From Podarcis tiliguerta (taxonomy: Eukaryota): a stretch of DNA of 64,000 bases. Every line of letters starts with the position of its first letter. Position 1 is the first letter of the stretch. Below, in pieces: positions 49,069 through 63,475 of the stretch. Under the pieces are notes generated by a model. It saw nothing but the letters and a program-made list of their open reading frames with translations. It ran no database searches and was not told where the DNA came from. Position numbers and translations under genes: made by a program. The stretch lies in assembly GCA_965153285.1 (NCBI GenBank), contig OZ229116.1; one strand, written 5' to 3'.

Positions 49069-52000
49069 TCGACTTAATCCAGGATGATGCAACACACAGC
49101 CCTCAAAGCCTTTTTTTTGGCACCCTTCAGCAACTTTTGATGCCTCTCACCACCAGCCCTCACGCTGCCTTCACAAAGCTGGGTAAGTGAGGCACTGGAA
49201 GGAGATCTGAGGGCTCTGACATGATCCTAGAGTTCTCCCTCCTCCTTCCCAAAGCCTAGTTAGTGCTTTCCCAACTTTGGGAATGGGGTGGGAGTGCTCT
49301 AGGACCCTGCCAGAGCCTCACATCTCCTTCCCAAAGCCCAGTGCCTTGCTTGGTCAGCTATGGAAAGGCAGCATGAGGGCTGGGCTGGGTGTGAAATTTT
49401 GGCCTTGCTCACCCCATCTGTGTGCGACAAGGCAGTGTGGGGCCCACAGGGTTCCATGTCAAAGTACTCTTGTGGCCCACTTGGTATGAAAGGTTGGGCT
49501 GCCCTGAAACAGTCGATCAAGTCTTAAATTCATTAACATCCTAGTGTCTTATTGCAGAAGGGCAAGACTGACACTAAGGAAACGGAATCTGATGTACAGT
49601 GCCATCCCTGGACTGGATGTAAGGAAAGTGGGTGCTGGTAGAGGTTGGTGATTTACCCTAATGGGCCAACCTTCACTGGAAGTTACTCATGTTGCTTGCT
49701 CGTGTTTTTCCACTCCAACCAGCCAATCCAGTGGGGGAATCAATATATTATTTAGTAGCAAGCCTAAACAAATGGTACAGGGTCAGAGAAAGAACTAGAT
49801 ACTGTGCTTGGTGTCATGCAGGTATATTTCAATAAGAGTTTCAGACAAGGTGCTGGAGGTGTGATGAACACTTTCTTCACCCTCCTTGAAGTATGGAGTT
49901 GCTCCAGCTCTGCACTAAATGAATTTAAAGAAGAAAGGCCAGCATTCCAGGCCAGTGCAGAAAAGGGTATTCACACAATTTATAAATAAAATTTAAACCC
50001 AACAAATGAACATAACAAAATACAAGACAAAAAAAACCCTTCCCCCAAAAAACTTAAAAGAGAATAAAATACAATTCCAAAAAACAGAATATTTGATTGG
50101 GGATTTATAATACAATATAACCCCATTGCCAGCATAAATGCATTAAAATAGCAAAGAGATTTTGTTCCTAAATTAATTATATTATCTGATTGAAGAAGTT
50201 ATAGGAAAGTTTAATTGGGAAGCATCCAGTTTACTTTATTAAATGTTAAACAGAAACAAAATTTATCTTAGGAAATCTGGCAACATACTGTAGTAGAAGA
50301 AAGAATCTTTATGATAATAGAATATGAAAGTTAATTAATGTATGCCTACTCCAATTACATGTATTTTTACGCTGATACTAAAATGAAAGCCCATTCAATA
50401 TTTTACAAAGTATAGAGTCCCTACTGACAAACTTAACATCCCTCAAGTTCCTGTACGGGTAGTGAATAAAGCATTGTATGAGATGCACGTGCAATTGTAG
50501 AAAAACAGAGGAAGAAATGCAGAAAGTTAGCAACTCAACAATGTAATTTTAATGTTTGCTTACTTTGATGAGCATCAATAATGAACCATCAGTGTGAATG
50601 GGTTTATATCAAAATACAGAAAAGACTTTTTCGTGAAAAGTAAAATGATAGGTCTGGCAACAAAGTCAAACTCTTTTAGGCTCATCTGAATCACACACCA
50701 TTTTGACTAAATAATCCAGTTTCTAGATCCAATACAGTAAGATTTGTTTCAACCCACTGAAATCAACTGGACTTACCTGCACCTCACTCTGTGTGCCATA
50801 GATATGGGGCCATTATATACATTCAGTTTGTAAAACAGATACTCCTGTGTTAATATACCAGTGTTTTGCCCTGTTACAGTTTTTTAGTTCACTTTTTCAT
50901 ATAAAGGTTTTTTTTATTAATGTAACATCAAAAGTACGAACAAGCAAAGCTTGATTATGTTTTCTTTTTTGTTTGTCTTTACTTTTGGTTCTTTCCTTTA
51001 ATAGTCTTATTCTGTCATATAGCATCTCTTAGACTTAGCCCTGAAGTTGAAAGGATACCTAGCACCCAAAACAATCAATACACTGATACAACAATGCAAA
51101 GAGGAAGTCAGCTTTCCTTAGCTACATGCAATATGATACCTAATTTGGTTCTAATCCTCCCCCAAAGGCTCAAACCAAATCATAACTTCTTAAAACCAAA
51201 AAGCAGGATGAATGTATTTTCAACAACCATGGGAACAAATGATCAGCAGCAGACTGTTCAGAATCTGGTCTTTGTAAAGAAGTGGAAAGATACCAGTTTG
51301 GTTGACAGCAAAACCTTCGCACTTCCGATAGACATACAGAAGGATCTGTCTGAAGCAGACAAAATGGATAAGGTAAATAACTTCCTGCTTGCTTGGACTT
51401 TCTAATATAAAATCTTAGATTCAATAGTGTTTCTTTTGTTTTGTTTTTTAACAAAAGTGTATGAGTTTTCTGGTATTTCTTAAATTGATTTTTTTATGCT
51501 TTCATGCCTTTCATGCTTTTATTTCTGTTATAGCCAATCAACAAATGCAAATACAATCAACAGTACTAAAAACAATCAATATATAAAGGCAACCCCAGCA
51601 CAAAATTAATAAAAGCCGTATAAAGCCCACACAACAGCATACAATCAGTAAGCAGAATGAAAACAAAAACAGGAAGGGAAATGAAAAATAATTCTAAAAG
51701 CCTAGGAGAAAAATATCACCTGGCGTCAAAAAACACCTGATGTAGAACCCAGAATGGGGAGGACATTCCATAGTCAGGGCACCAGTACCAAGAAGGCCCT
51801 GGGCTCTCCCTGGTAGCTGTCCATCACACATCATTTGAAAGGGGAATCTGGAAAATGTCCTAAAATGAAACTGTGTGCCATTCTGAAAGCATTCAGAATG
51901 AAAGAGGCTTAAAAATATTTAAAATTAAGTGGGAAGAGAGCCCATCAGCCTGGGATTCCAGGATAAAAGGATTGGCTGTTGGGTAAGATATATTCTTATC

Positions 52001-52410
52001 TAAGGGAAGAACAAGTAAAGGAAAAAATGAAAAGGGAAAGACATGAAAGAAAGATGAAGAAAAGTGGGACTAATTGTGTGGATAGTGTCATTATACAGTT
52101 TAGTCAGTAGGTGGTGCTCGTCTTAGTTGTATCTGGGCAGAGTCTGGAGCTTCCTGTGCCCATTCTGTTCTTGTTGGGGAGAGCCATGGTGTATCCTCTT
52201 AAATTTTCCATGGCACTAATGAAATGGGAAATCCTCAGGAAAGCCTAATCAGATGAGGTGATGTGCTATTGCCAAGAAGGAGGAAGGTTGAGATATGAGT
52301 GCTGCTGGCCAAGTGTCTGAGCAGTGAAAGCCAAACAGAGTAAGCGGTGGGTAGTGAAGAAGGAAACCAAGCAAATAGCTGACTAAAGAAGTAGAATCCA
52401 AGACAACAGT

Positions 52411-52992
52411 TGTGCTGGTCCCGTGGGTTAACTGTGAGGCGAGGACCAAGTCCAGTCCGAGGTCAAGGATGCAGTATGGAGGCAGTCCGTCAAAGCTGAA
52501 GCTGGGTCCAAGGCAGGGAGTTGGGTGAGGTCAGGAGCTCCGGCAGGACAGGGTGCAGGCAGGAACTGGCTACCAACAATGTTGCTCCCGCAACTTGGGA
52601 CTGGGGCTGGCTGGCTTTTATCTGCCCAGAGGCATAGGGCGGCCCTGGTCCACAGGTGACTCATCTCTCCTGGCCTGGAGGCGAGCACTCCTCCTGTGGG
52701 AACTTAGTTCCCTCCGCCTCTCTGCCCTGAGCCTCTGCAGCTCAGAAGAGGCTGGAGGGTTACCGGACCCGAGGCAACCTCAGCTTCCCCTGACGGTGCT
52801 GAGAGTGGAGCACCTGCAGGCAATGGATCCTCCATCACCCCAGGAGACTCAGCTGGTGCCTGCACCTGAGGATCCAGCACAGGTGATGACCCTTCAGGCT
52901 CAAGCCCCAGTTCTGGTTCTGGAGGCGGGGAATCCTGTGCAGGCTGGGGTTCCTCAGGTTCAGCCTCCAAGTCCAAATCCCAGGCCATCACA
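52411..52992 (-). mobile_element. Solo LTR (582 bp), probably Gypsy-type
   Basis: TG...CA termini with short inverted repeats (TGTGCTGG / TGTGATGG); perfect 5-bp TSD ACAGT at 52406-52410 and 52993-52997; TATA-like GATAAAAG on the minus strand at 52615-52622. Confidence 0.85.
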
Positions 52993-55900
52993 ACAGTGGA
53001 GCTACATCAAAACCACACATGGGGCTTAGAAATGAGACATCTAATGAAGGATTGTCAAGAAGAATGTGTACAGAAGCATAAGAAGCTGCCTTCTTATTGA
53101 GATAGAACACTGGTTCACCTAGCTCTGTATTCTCTCGCAGCCCTACCTGGAAATTCTGGGGATTGAATCTAGGGCCTTCTGCATCCAAAGCAGGTGTTCC
53201 ACCACTACAAAGCATTCCCAGGAAACAGAACTTTGGAAGCATGGTTTCTGTGGGTCACAGAGCAAAGGGAACATCAAAATGCCAGATCTGGGCACTGCAA
53301 GGATTTCTCCAACAACAATTTACGAAAGGCTTACTCCCCAGGTGGGTATTTTTATGTGGGATACTCTATTTTTCTATTCTGTTTTTCTTTCAGGGCTGTT
53401 TTATAATGCAAAGACAAGGTCCACACTTTGCCTCTTTCAGCCTGCAAGAATGTCTCTGTTATCGAATGATTCAGAGGGGAGACAATAGACACAGCAGAAA
53501 TTGGTCTGTGCAGCTTCCCTCCTTTGCTTTGCAATCACATTTGCACACCAGTTTCTTCTGGAATCAGATACTGTATGAAATCACGGAGGAGACAGTACAT
53601 TGACAATAAAAATGTATGTCTCCAAATCTGATTGAGTAGCAGGGGCTATGATATCACTGCTTGTGTGCAGTGAGGCTGACTGCCAGACAGAACGCAAACA
53701 TTACAAAGACAAGAAACTTTCTCCTATCAGGAAGCGCAGTCTGGCTGCCTCTCGTCTTAGCACTATTGATTATGCTCCCAAAAGGTCATAAATTACTGTA
53801 AGAGTTATTTTTAAGAATATTTGCTGAGCCTGACCTGTCAAGAGAGGTTAATCTAATGACTTTCCTACCTCCAGCCTGAAGAAAGTGAGAGGTAGAGAGC
53901 TCAATGACTTCTAAAAGGCTCCCGTTCTGCATTCATATTCATTTCATCTTGCTATTGCAAAAATAAAGTTGTGGCAACTTTAGACCCACTGCCCTGCAGA
54001 GGGACAGAAAGCTAGACTGAATTTTTCTGTGTGCAAAAATAAGGCGCTTTTGTAAATGTTATCAAGCTTCCAAAAATATGAATCAGGGGGAATATGGTGT
54101 GTTAACAGCCACCACAGAACAACAGGGCCAGTCACTGCAGTGGGGGGGGGGTATAATTAAGATAACAAAATACTGCAGACACTGTGAAGAATTTACTATC
54201 CAGATGTGAACCGTGAGTGATGTGTTCTTTATCCAGGGTAAAAACTTGTAACATCCCTCCCACAAAAGGGATGAACAGTTTATTCATTGTTATCAAGTCT
54301 AAAATAATTTTTTTTACACAGAAAAAATGAATGAGAGTATTTCTTAGCACTATAAGTTTTAGCCATTAGTAGTGTTATTACATGTAATTTTTTATGTACC
54401 CTTCATCATAAGCACTCAAGGCGGGTTACAGCGATTTAAAAAGACATATTAAAATGAGTTTAAAGCAAACACAATAAAGAGAATGGGGTGGGTATTAAAA
54501 AAATATAAATCTCAGATGTCAAAGGCTAGGGAAAGAGGTGTGTCTTCAGCATACAATGGAAACTACAGAATGAGGATGTCAAACACAGCTCTGTGCAGAG
54601 GGATTTCCGCAGCTTGAGGGCTGCCACAAAGAATGTCCCCTCCTGGGCTGCCACTACCCAAACTTCTGAGGGTGGTGGAACTACCAAAAGGGCTCCTCTG
54701 CTGAGAGGATCTGTAGAGGAGGGTGGAGATATTTGGGGCCAGAGTCATTTAGGGGTGAAATTGAGCAGTTTCACAGTGAACGCTATATCGTAGCTCCTCT
54801 GTCCTCCATCCATTGCTGATATGATACCTTAAGTTTGTGTAGTTGTTTTGGATCCCTCAGCTCCTCAGGCGTCACCTGACAGCAGCCATTCCATCAGACA
54901 GCTTCAGTGGGAAGCAGGCCTTGCCTTCTGCTGAGAAACCAGCTCCATTTGACTCCTTCTCTCCCTTAATGGTTTATATAAAAGCTGGTCATCATAAGAA
55001 CTGTTTGTTTTCCTCGTGTTCTCTTCCTTTTGTGTCCTGCCTTTTAAACCTGAGGGCAAGGATGAAGGAGGGGCAATTTTAAAGATCTGTATGCGGCTCA
55101 GGGAATCTTTTAAGCTAAAGAATGTGGCAAAAATGTTTTCAATAAATACCTTTCTCCTAGCTTCTCCCATTTCTCTTGATCCTTTTGTTGTCTTCCTTGC
55201 ACTGAAATTTAAATTATTAGCTCCTTGGCAACAAATATTTCCAATTGCTAGATTTGTTACCAAAATACACAATGATCCAATTCACATGTAGTACTAAGAC
55301 AAACCATGGTTCGGCATGAATGAGCAAACATGAGGGTTAACATTACCTAGGGTTTAGCCATGGTTTGACTTAGCAGTATGTGGGCTCATGGTCTGTGTCA
55401 CTCCAGACAAGCCACAAGCTGTAACCAAGCCTTATTCTACCGCCACTGTCTTCTGAAACCCACCCTCCAGGAAAGACCAGAGCCACCAAGTCATACGTAA
55501 CAAGGCACTCTAGAATTATACTGAAAGATCCAGACAAATCAACAGGGTCACACTCATGAAGTCTGTTTCCCACTGAAGATCATCCAGCACTAGGGCATTC
55601 CCACCTCCCACATATCATAAGGGGCTTAACATGCACCAGCCAAAAAGTTGTTCCAGTTCTCAAACCTGCCAAATTATACTTATATATTTTTATCCTGTCC
55701 TACCTCTGAAGAACGTGGGTGGGAGTGAGACATATGCATGGCTCTGTTCCTCCCTCCCTTTTATCCTCACAAGCCCCAGTTCAATATGCAGGCTTGGGTC
55801 TCCATTCTGGTCTGATACCACACTGGTGATCAAAGTAGAATACATCACAGAAACGGAAGAGAAAACACACCAACTGAATAAGTCTCTGCATTCTATAGTC

Positions 55901-58105
55901 TTGACCTTGATTGCCCACTCATCTCCCCATCCCCTGTACATTTTCTCTTGTTGCTGGTGCATTAGTATCAGGTCCAACAGAGAAGGACTTCACTATCTTT
56001 TTAGATGTTCTTAACTGTTAAGTTCTTATTTAACCTAAGGCAAGCTTATTCACTTATGAAAGTAATCATAAGAACAAGCTAGAGGGTGGTGTCTTAGCTC
56101 CAATCCATGGTAACTAGAGACAATACGTATCTCTGTCATTACCAGTTACTACAGTAACACTTTTACATTTTTCAGGGAAGCTTTTAATTGTTTTTATTTT
56201 ATTTTTAATTGTTTTATCACTTCTGTGTTTGCCTCCTCTTTGGGGAGGAAGAACAGGATGGGAATTTAATAATTGGATAATGTTGCCATGTAGTCTTTGA
56301 TTAGCTACATCTTTATCCTTTGATCCATAACAGGTTAAAAATAATGATGATGATGGAGAAAAGGCAGTTGCGATCATCTTTTAAGCTGTGCTGTAGGATT
56401 CGGCAAAAGCACGGATGTCACTTTAAAGCCAACTGAAGCCCTGTTCTGCTCATTCATCTCCCCTTCTCTCCCCTTTCCTTCCGTACTTAGAGGCAGATCA
56501 GATTAATTTTAGTGCCGTCGAAAATCATGCAAATATAGTTGAGAAAAGAGGCATTTAATGCTTTATGGCTCTTGCACACAACACAAATAGCACCTCCAGT
56601 GCTAACTCGGCTAAGTGCTTTTAGTGTTATTCCACTATACAGTACATCACAATGTTAATTTTCCACATTACTTTATTCCCTCTCTTGCCTATATTTTACA
56701 AGAGAGAAAACAAACTGCTTGTAATTACATTGCATGCCAGGACAAATTAAGTAAACACGCATTTTTAATGCTTTTGGCTGTTAGGGTGAGAAACAAAGGG
56801 CTCGAGTTAAGGTCAATATTAGAGTTATGCAATTGCTTTGGGATACAAAAAGACAAATGCCGGTGATTGAACACTGGTAACATGGAAACTATCCATTCTT
56901 TGCAGCCTTGCCGAACTCTTGAAAATAACACCCCTCCTCTGCAACCAGGCCGTGGCTCTACTTTGTTTTCATTTTCCTTCAGAAAAGGAAAATACCAATA
57001 CCAATAATAAATAATAAGAATAAACTAATGGGAAAATCTATTGTATCATTAGTGAGGTGATAAATCAGCAAAAGGTAAATTAGAGGACGGCTATCTGTGC
57101 TGCAGTCTACTGCCACAATGCAGAACGGTGAGAAAACAAACCCTCCCGTTGCTCAGTGTGGCTGTCGGGTGCTGATAAAGGTGAACTGCAACCAGGAGGG
57201 AGACCAAAGGCAAGGGGATTGCTGATGCCCATATAAATCTGACTTTGCTAGATGCGCAGTTGTGATGGGGGAAAGAGCATGCCCTGATGAGCTGATGGGT
57301 TTGGGTGTCCAAAACAAGGCACAACAAACACAATCCTCTGGATGTAAGGACCATTTAAGTAACAGACATTTGCAGGATTGCAACCTAGATGCATTTTCCT
57401 CCTATGAACAGAGGAAGGCTGTTTGCAGACCTTCCCATGTTAAGCACCTTCTGCCCATGCATTTCTAGTCTGAGGGAGAGGCAAGTTCTTCTCCCTGACA
57501 TGCTAGCTCTCTGTAAGTGGGGATTTCTTTAATATGGGCTGGGAATTCGTTCAAATGTGCCATTCCCCAGAAGGAATGGGAAGGCGCAGAGAAGGCGCTC
57601 TCTTTTTGTGTAGCTGCATAGACCAGGGCTAGAGGGACAGGGCAATAAAATGACCACCGTTGACAGTGGCAAAGAGGAGGTGGGCCCACTGACATCCCAA
57701 AAACCTGGCACCAGCATTGTCCTGTGTGTAACAATTCAGTTTACACCCATCAGACAAAAACAATGCAAGCACTGTAAAATGCATCTCACTGTGATACTTG
57801 TATTCATAATTTGCAAGTGGTACATTTTTAGCAAACCCAGGGGATGGTCAGAAAGCGCATGGGGCTATAGCTAAGCAGGCCTGGGTCTGGTCAGGTTACT
57901 GCCTGGGAACCACATGCAGCCTTCCATGATGGAAGAAAGGGGGGACAGGAATGTAAAGGAGGGGAAGCAAATAAGCACACAGCTTTTATTTGTTTGTTTA
58001 TTGCATTTTTATCCCACCAAGGAGCTCAAGTGGGCATCCATGGACCTCCCCTCCCCTTCTCATTTAATCCCCACAACAACCCTGTGAAGTAAGTTAGACT
58101 GGCGG

Positions 58106-58339
58106 CACTGGCGGAGGAAGAGGGGGCAGGGGGAGCGCACTGCCCCCGGCACCACGATCCCGGTGGGGTGCCATCCTGGCTGCCCCCCCCTGCACGTGCT
58201 GGGTGCCACGCCTCCGCAGGTAGCACACCCCCAGGACTTTTGCCACGCTCCTGTGGGTGGCCTGCCACACCCCCGGGACACACACCACACTGCCCAGGAC
58301 GCACGCCAGCCCACCCCCACCTGCTCTCCACTGCCACTG
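58106..58339. mobile_element. GC-rich hAT-like MITE inserted in a MIR/CORE-like SINE (~57985-58430)
   Basis: Ends CACTGGCGG / CAGTGGCAG; degenerate 8-bp TSD actggcgg / agtgacgg; internal tgccac(g/a)c repeats; the host SINE resumes on either side. Confidence 0.6.
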
Positions 58340-59873
58340 AGTGACGGGCAGCAACAGGCCCAGGTTACCCAGTAGGCTTCATGGTTGAGGGAGGATTTGA
58401 ACCCTGTTTCTCACGTCCTGATACCAATACACCCTTGTGATCAAACTTCTGCCCTGCTTTCTCCCACTGTGTACCCCTTTGACACAGTTTTCTGCCTTAA
58501 TAACCCTTCACACTGATCTAGGAGCATGCATCTATGAAGGTGCGCACACATTTCCTGCAGCTTTATCATTCATTCAGACTGCAGTCCTAAGACCCACTTG
58601 CCTGGGAGTAAGCCCCATTGGACTCAGTGGGACTTGCTTCCAAGTAAGCATGCATAGGCCTGCACTGCTGGCTTCCTCCATCCCTTTCGTGGCGCATTCA
58701 GGAAGTGTCTGCCACAAGCTGCTGGGGCTATGGCTGCGCAGAATAAGCAAACAGGACATCTGCAGCACTTTTCTGCTTGACTAATTTCCAGAATGGAAAA
58801 GCTCTGTTTTTGAGAATCAAAGGTTCATAAAGGGCTTGTAAAAGTTTAGTGAATGAGGCTCATAACCTATTGATCCCCTTGCATTCAATCCAATTCACTT
58901 GAGTCGGGGCATGCGGTAAATAAGGACGAGCCCCCGACATTATGAGGATCTCTCTGTCCTCATGTGTACGGCAAGCCGCTTGTATCCTCTTATAATGATA
59001 ATGTTGCTGATTTACTTTAATTAGAAGATGCATTACCTACTGCAAAACATTGCACCGGCTGAGCTATCGCTGCCCAACGACCTCTGAAAGACAAAAGGTT
59101 CCATTTTACAAAATCTAGTTAACATATCAAAGAGCAGTAAATGTGCAAATTGCTGTCATAAGGCACCCTTTATTGCTTTTCCTTTTCAGAATGGGGCGCC
59201 CCTCCCCCCACGCTCTCGATTCAAGCCCTTTTGACAAGGTTACTCATTGGAAAGAAGAGCAGCCTATTTTATGCTCTTCAGATGTTTACCTTCTGTAAAA
59301 GACACTTCAAAGAATGCTTATGGGACTCTCCCATCACCCAGCAAACACTTTAAACCCATTGTTGTGATGGATGGATCCTTCCTGCAGATTTAATAAATAT
59401 AAGCAGAAGCCAGATCTGTTTTTTTCCCCAAGGCCAGCTGTCTGCACAATAGGCAAATAGCTCACGGGTGGCCTGCGTGGACAGGCAGAGAGAGAGAAAG
59501 AGAGAGAGACTGACTAAATAACTGTTTAATGCTTTCTTGCTTTCTGTCTCTGCCGAGTTAGTGCTGTTACTGCTAGTCCAATACTTAATTATTATTTTTC
59601 TGCCAAGCTGGATGGATCCTCAGCACCCCATATAAAATGTTCACAATCCGGGCCAGTTCTAATGCTACAGTAGTTCATTTCTGTACATACAGGTGGTTGG
59701 ATTTCCCAGCGGTGACTTGGCCAGTAGCTTCCCTCTGCATGGAAGAAATAATTTGACCATGCCCTTCATCTGCCAGATTCCGGCTGGGTAGCAGTGTGTG
59801 GCAAACTTATTTTCACACACTAAAACCCATTTACTGAAAAAATTGTCCCATGCACACAAAATAACATCTATAT

Positions 59874-60051
59874 CAGGGATGTCCAACAGGTAGATCGTGA
59901 TCTACTGGTAGATCACAAAGGGTCCATGGTTGATCGTGGTAGATCTTGCCCCCCCCAAAAAAAATTAAAAGCTCAACAGCTTTGGTAGATCACTGCCAGT
60001 TTTTTTTATAGTGGGAGTAGATCTCAGTCTCTTGAAAGTTGGACATGCCTG
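59874..60051. mobile_element. hAT MITE (178 bp)
   Basis: TIRs CAGGGATGTCCAAC / CAGGCATGTCCAAC; perfect 8-bp TSD ATCTATAT at 59866-59873 and 60052-60059; internal GTAGATC repeats. Confidence 0.88.
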
Positions 60052-63000
60052 ATCTATATAAATCTGTCCAACAATCTGGCCTGGAATGGTTGCATTGGTA
60101 GACTGACCAGTTCTTTGTGTTCTTGTAACAGTTCTGAGATAGTTAGCTCAACTTGCATGTTATAACTTCCATGTTATGATGGGATAGAAGTTATCAGATG
60201 GATGACTCAACTTCCATGGGAAAAGCAAGACATATTCTATAGCATGTATTAGAAAAATAAGCTTATGGGTTGGATCCAGGCTATGTTGGTTGCACTTTAT
60301 GGTCTAGATTCATTAAAAACTGTTGGATTTAAGACAGTTGTGACTGGCATAGATGGAGCCCCTGGTTCTGGGGTCTCTCAGATGAACAAAGATGCCTTCA
60401 ATCCAGCAGATTTAAGCTCCCTTCATCCTGCTCCATCTCACTCCCACCATGTACCATTTCAGAGCCTAACAGTGGCTACTTCAGACAAAGGAATGTATGG
60501 GGAGCTATCTGGTGGCATTGTGGGTAGTGGTAATGGTCTCTGTGGAGGGATGGAGTCACCTCCCAACAACCATGTCACTGTGGATCCCCTGGATGGGGCT
60601 GAAGTGAGACAGTGCTGGCTGGCTTCTCCAGTGGATCCACACAGATCCAACTTCATCGCTGCCCCAGACCAGACCTGTCATGGTAAGCTGCAGCAATAAG
60701 AGAAGCACCTCTGCTCCTTCCTGCTGTCCTCCAGCCAGAAAAGATGGGGGGTTAGGATCGCTCTGCCCATCCAGATCCAACCCACTGCCTTTTCCATTTG
60801 AGCGCTATATACCAATGGCATATAAGGATTTGGCTGTATTTTTTATTTTATTTTTTATTTTGCTAAACCAATGTTTAGCAAAGTCACGGGTGAGTGGATA
60901 CAAACATCTGTTCCTTGGAAATGATTAAGCCATCCTAGAAAAAGCTGGGCATCTGTAGCTGCCACCTGCATGGTGGGTGAGCTCAGCAAGATACTGTAGG
61001 TCCTTCCGAGCCCATCAGCCACTTCTTGTCTAGGGGTTCCCACACAGTGTAAAGCCCTCTTTTCTTCTCACACACAAGTTTCTTTAAATCAACTGACAGA
61101 ATTTTAGGACAGTAGATGATGTCATTCACAGCTGCGTATTTGAAAAGGACAGCTCTGAAATACTTAATTGACAATAAGGTTTTGTATTAAATTCCACAGG
61201 TACTTGAACATAAGTCTTATTGAAACCTATTCATTATTAATGGTATCTTAATTGGTTTACCCTTTGCTAAATTTAATGGGACTGTCATAAAGATCCAAAG
61301 AGCTTGCATCGATCGGCACAAAAGATATAGCAGTGGGCAGTGCCTTTTGGATATTTTTTCCCACCTTTTCCTGCAGATTTACACTACAATAATGCAAGTG
61401 GAAGGGTATGAAAATTCTTAATAGAAGGAACCAACTCAGTGCCTATTGGGACCTTCGCTTGAACCTTAGAATGATGAGAAATGTGTACATTTATGTATAT
61501 GTAGTGCAAAATAAGTCACAGGAATGTCATCACATGGGCAAATGGAGTCCCCAAGGCCTGAAGACATTTGTGTGGACTGGTATAGCCGGCTCCCATAATG
61601 TCTGAGCACTGGCCGTGCTGACTGAGGTTAGTGGGCTAACTTATAGAGGGTGTTACACTGGTTGCTCCTGATATAGGCAATTCCATAGACCTTACTGTGG
61701 AAATCATGGTTCACATCAGTCTTAATAGCAGTTGTCAGTGTGTATGCATGGTGACTTACTATAGAACACTGAAAGGGTTCACATACTACAGATGTACATG
61801 GAAACTTAAAAATATAGTAGGCTGCCTTTTACTGAGTCAAACCATTAGCTTAAGAGTGCCTACGCTGACTAACAGCAGCTCTCTATGGTTTTGGGCAGGA
61901 ACTTTCCTGAACCCTACCTGGGGGTTAGATCTGGGACCTTCTGCACACAAAGCATATGCTCTACCACATATAGAACTATGGCTTATTTAGCCCACATGCA
62001 AAAGAAAAAGGAATCACATAACAATAATAGCGCATAAGCGCTTGTTGAATTTTTCAACTTTCAAATTCCAAAAATGAAAGGTGCTAAAAGGTTGCAACAT
62101 GACTTGGGAATTCAAAAGGTATTTTGGTTAAATTAATATAATTTGGTTTTGCTTTGTAGGTAAAATGTGTGTAAAATTGCACAGAAATCATTAAAAATGA
62201 TTACTAAGTTCTTACAGTTACATTTTATTATTATTACTATTATTATTAATCATTACCTGACATTCTCAGAAGGTTAAATTAAAATTTCTGAAAGCAGTAT
62301 ATGTGGTTCTTCATCAGACTTATCAAGCTAAATGTCCAGTAATAAAAATAATAGCAGATTTGAATTCCACACACCCAAAAACATATTTTAAGACCCCTCA
62401 CTGAAGAAATTATGTTTCATCTCCTAAAATGACACGCCCTAACGACACATGAAGATATGCTGTCCATACTGGTCCACATAATGTCCCACACACAATATGA
62501 TCATATCTGTTTGATCATCTCATGCTCTCCTATTGAAGAATGCATGAGACAAATGCCATCCACGTAAGAAGTCTTTGTCAAAGTCACAGGCGGAGGGGGC
62601 TCTCTGTTCTGCTGATGGCTTATTAATGAGAATTGCAAAGACAGCTTTAAACATATTTGGTAACAGACCTTACTCCCTGTCATTCTCTGCCTTCTCTTCT
62701 CCATCCCTCAGCTTCCTCTGCGGCTGATGACAATTAAATCTATGGATGTAAAGAACTACCTCACACCACTCTGCTGTAATTATAACTTTGCTGCTGACTT
62801 CCAGATCTGACAGGCTCCATCTTGTCTGCCCCTTGATGCTGTGGCTTTTATTTACAACCTCAATAACATCTCAAAGAAAATGAATGGCACCGATGCCAGG
62901 GATCACTGATGGATATATTACGAAATGGTAGTAGGAGCAAGTATTGAAAGACGCAAGGGGTAGAAAGTTGACTAATAGGCATTTATGTAAATTTTACCCC

Positions 63001-63088
63001 AATGGACTTTAGAGAAGTATTGTCCTTTGCTGATGAAACTTTGAAATACAACAGGGTAGCTTTCCAACTTTTCCAATATATAAACGTT

Positions 63089-63100
63089 TATCTATCTATC

Positions 63101-63135
<35 letters not shown>

Positions 63136-63146
63136 ATCTATCTATC
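63089..63146. repeat. (TATC)n (GATA/Bkm-type) microsatellite
   Basis: Direct reading; two single-base interruptions. Confidence 0.95.
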
Positions 63147-63449
63147 TTGCTAAACTTCTCTAATGAAATTGATGGGGCTGGTATCTGTGTGAATATGTAC
63201 GCACACCCAAGCATGTGCACTTCTCCTAACATAAACATATTTGAATGCAATAATCTATTATTTTTGTCAGAAAGCTCCCCACAATGAAATGCATTTTTGT
63301 ATATTGTTTTCGCAACTGTATACATTTTTGTACACATTCTTTGGCTGGAGAAAGTCGTTGCAAAATTCTGAAAAGTGAGAATTCGAAGTATAGCTGTGCT
63401 TTGGCTTGGGCATTAATTCACAAAGGAAATAATGTGAACCAAATGGTTT

Positions 63450-63475
63450 CACACACACACACACACACACACACA
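63450..63475. repeat. (CA)13 microsatellite
   Basis: Direct reading. Confidence 0.95.

Noticed and set aside
60265-60699. 144-aa ORF
   Set aside because: No recognisable domain or clear splice structure; lies in decayed repeat-like sequence.
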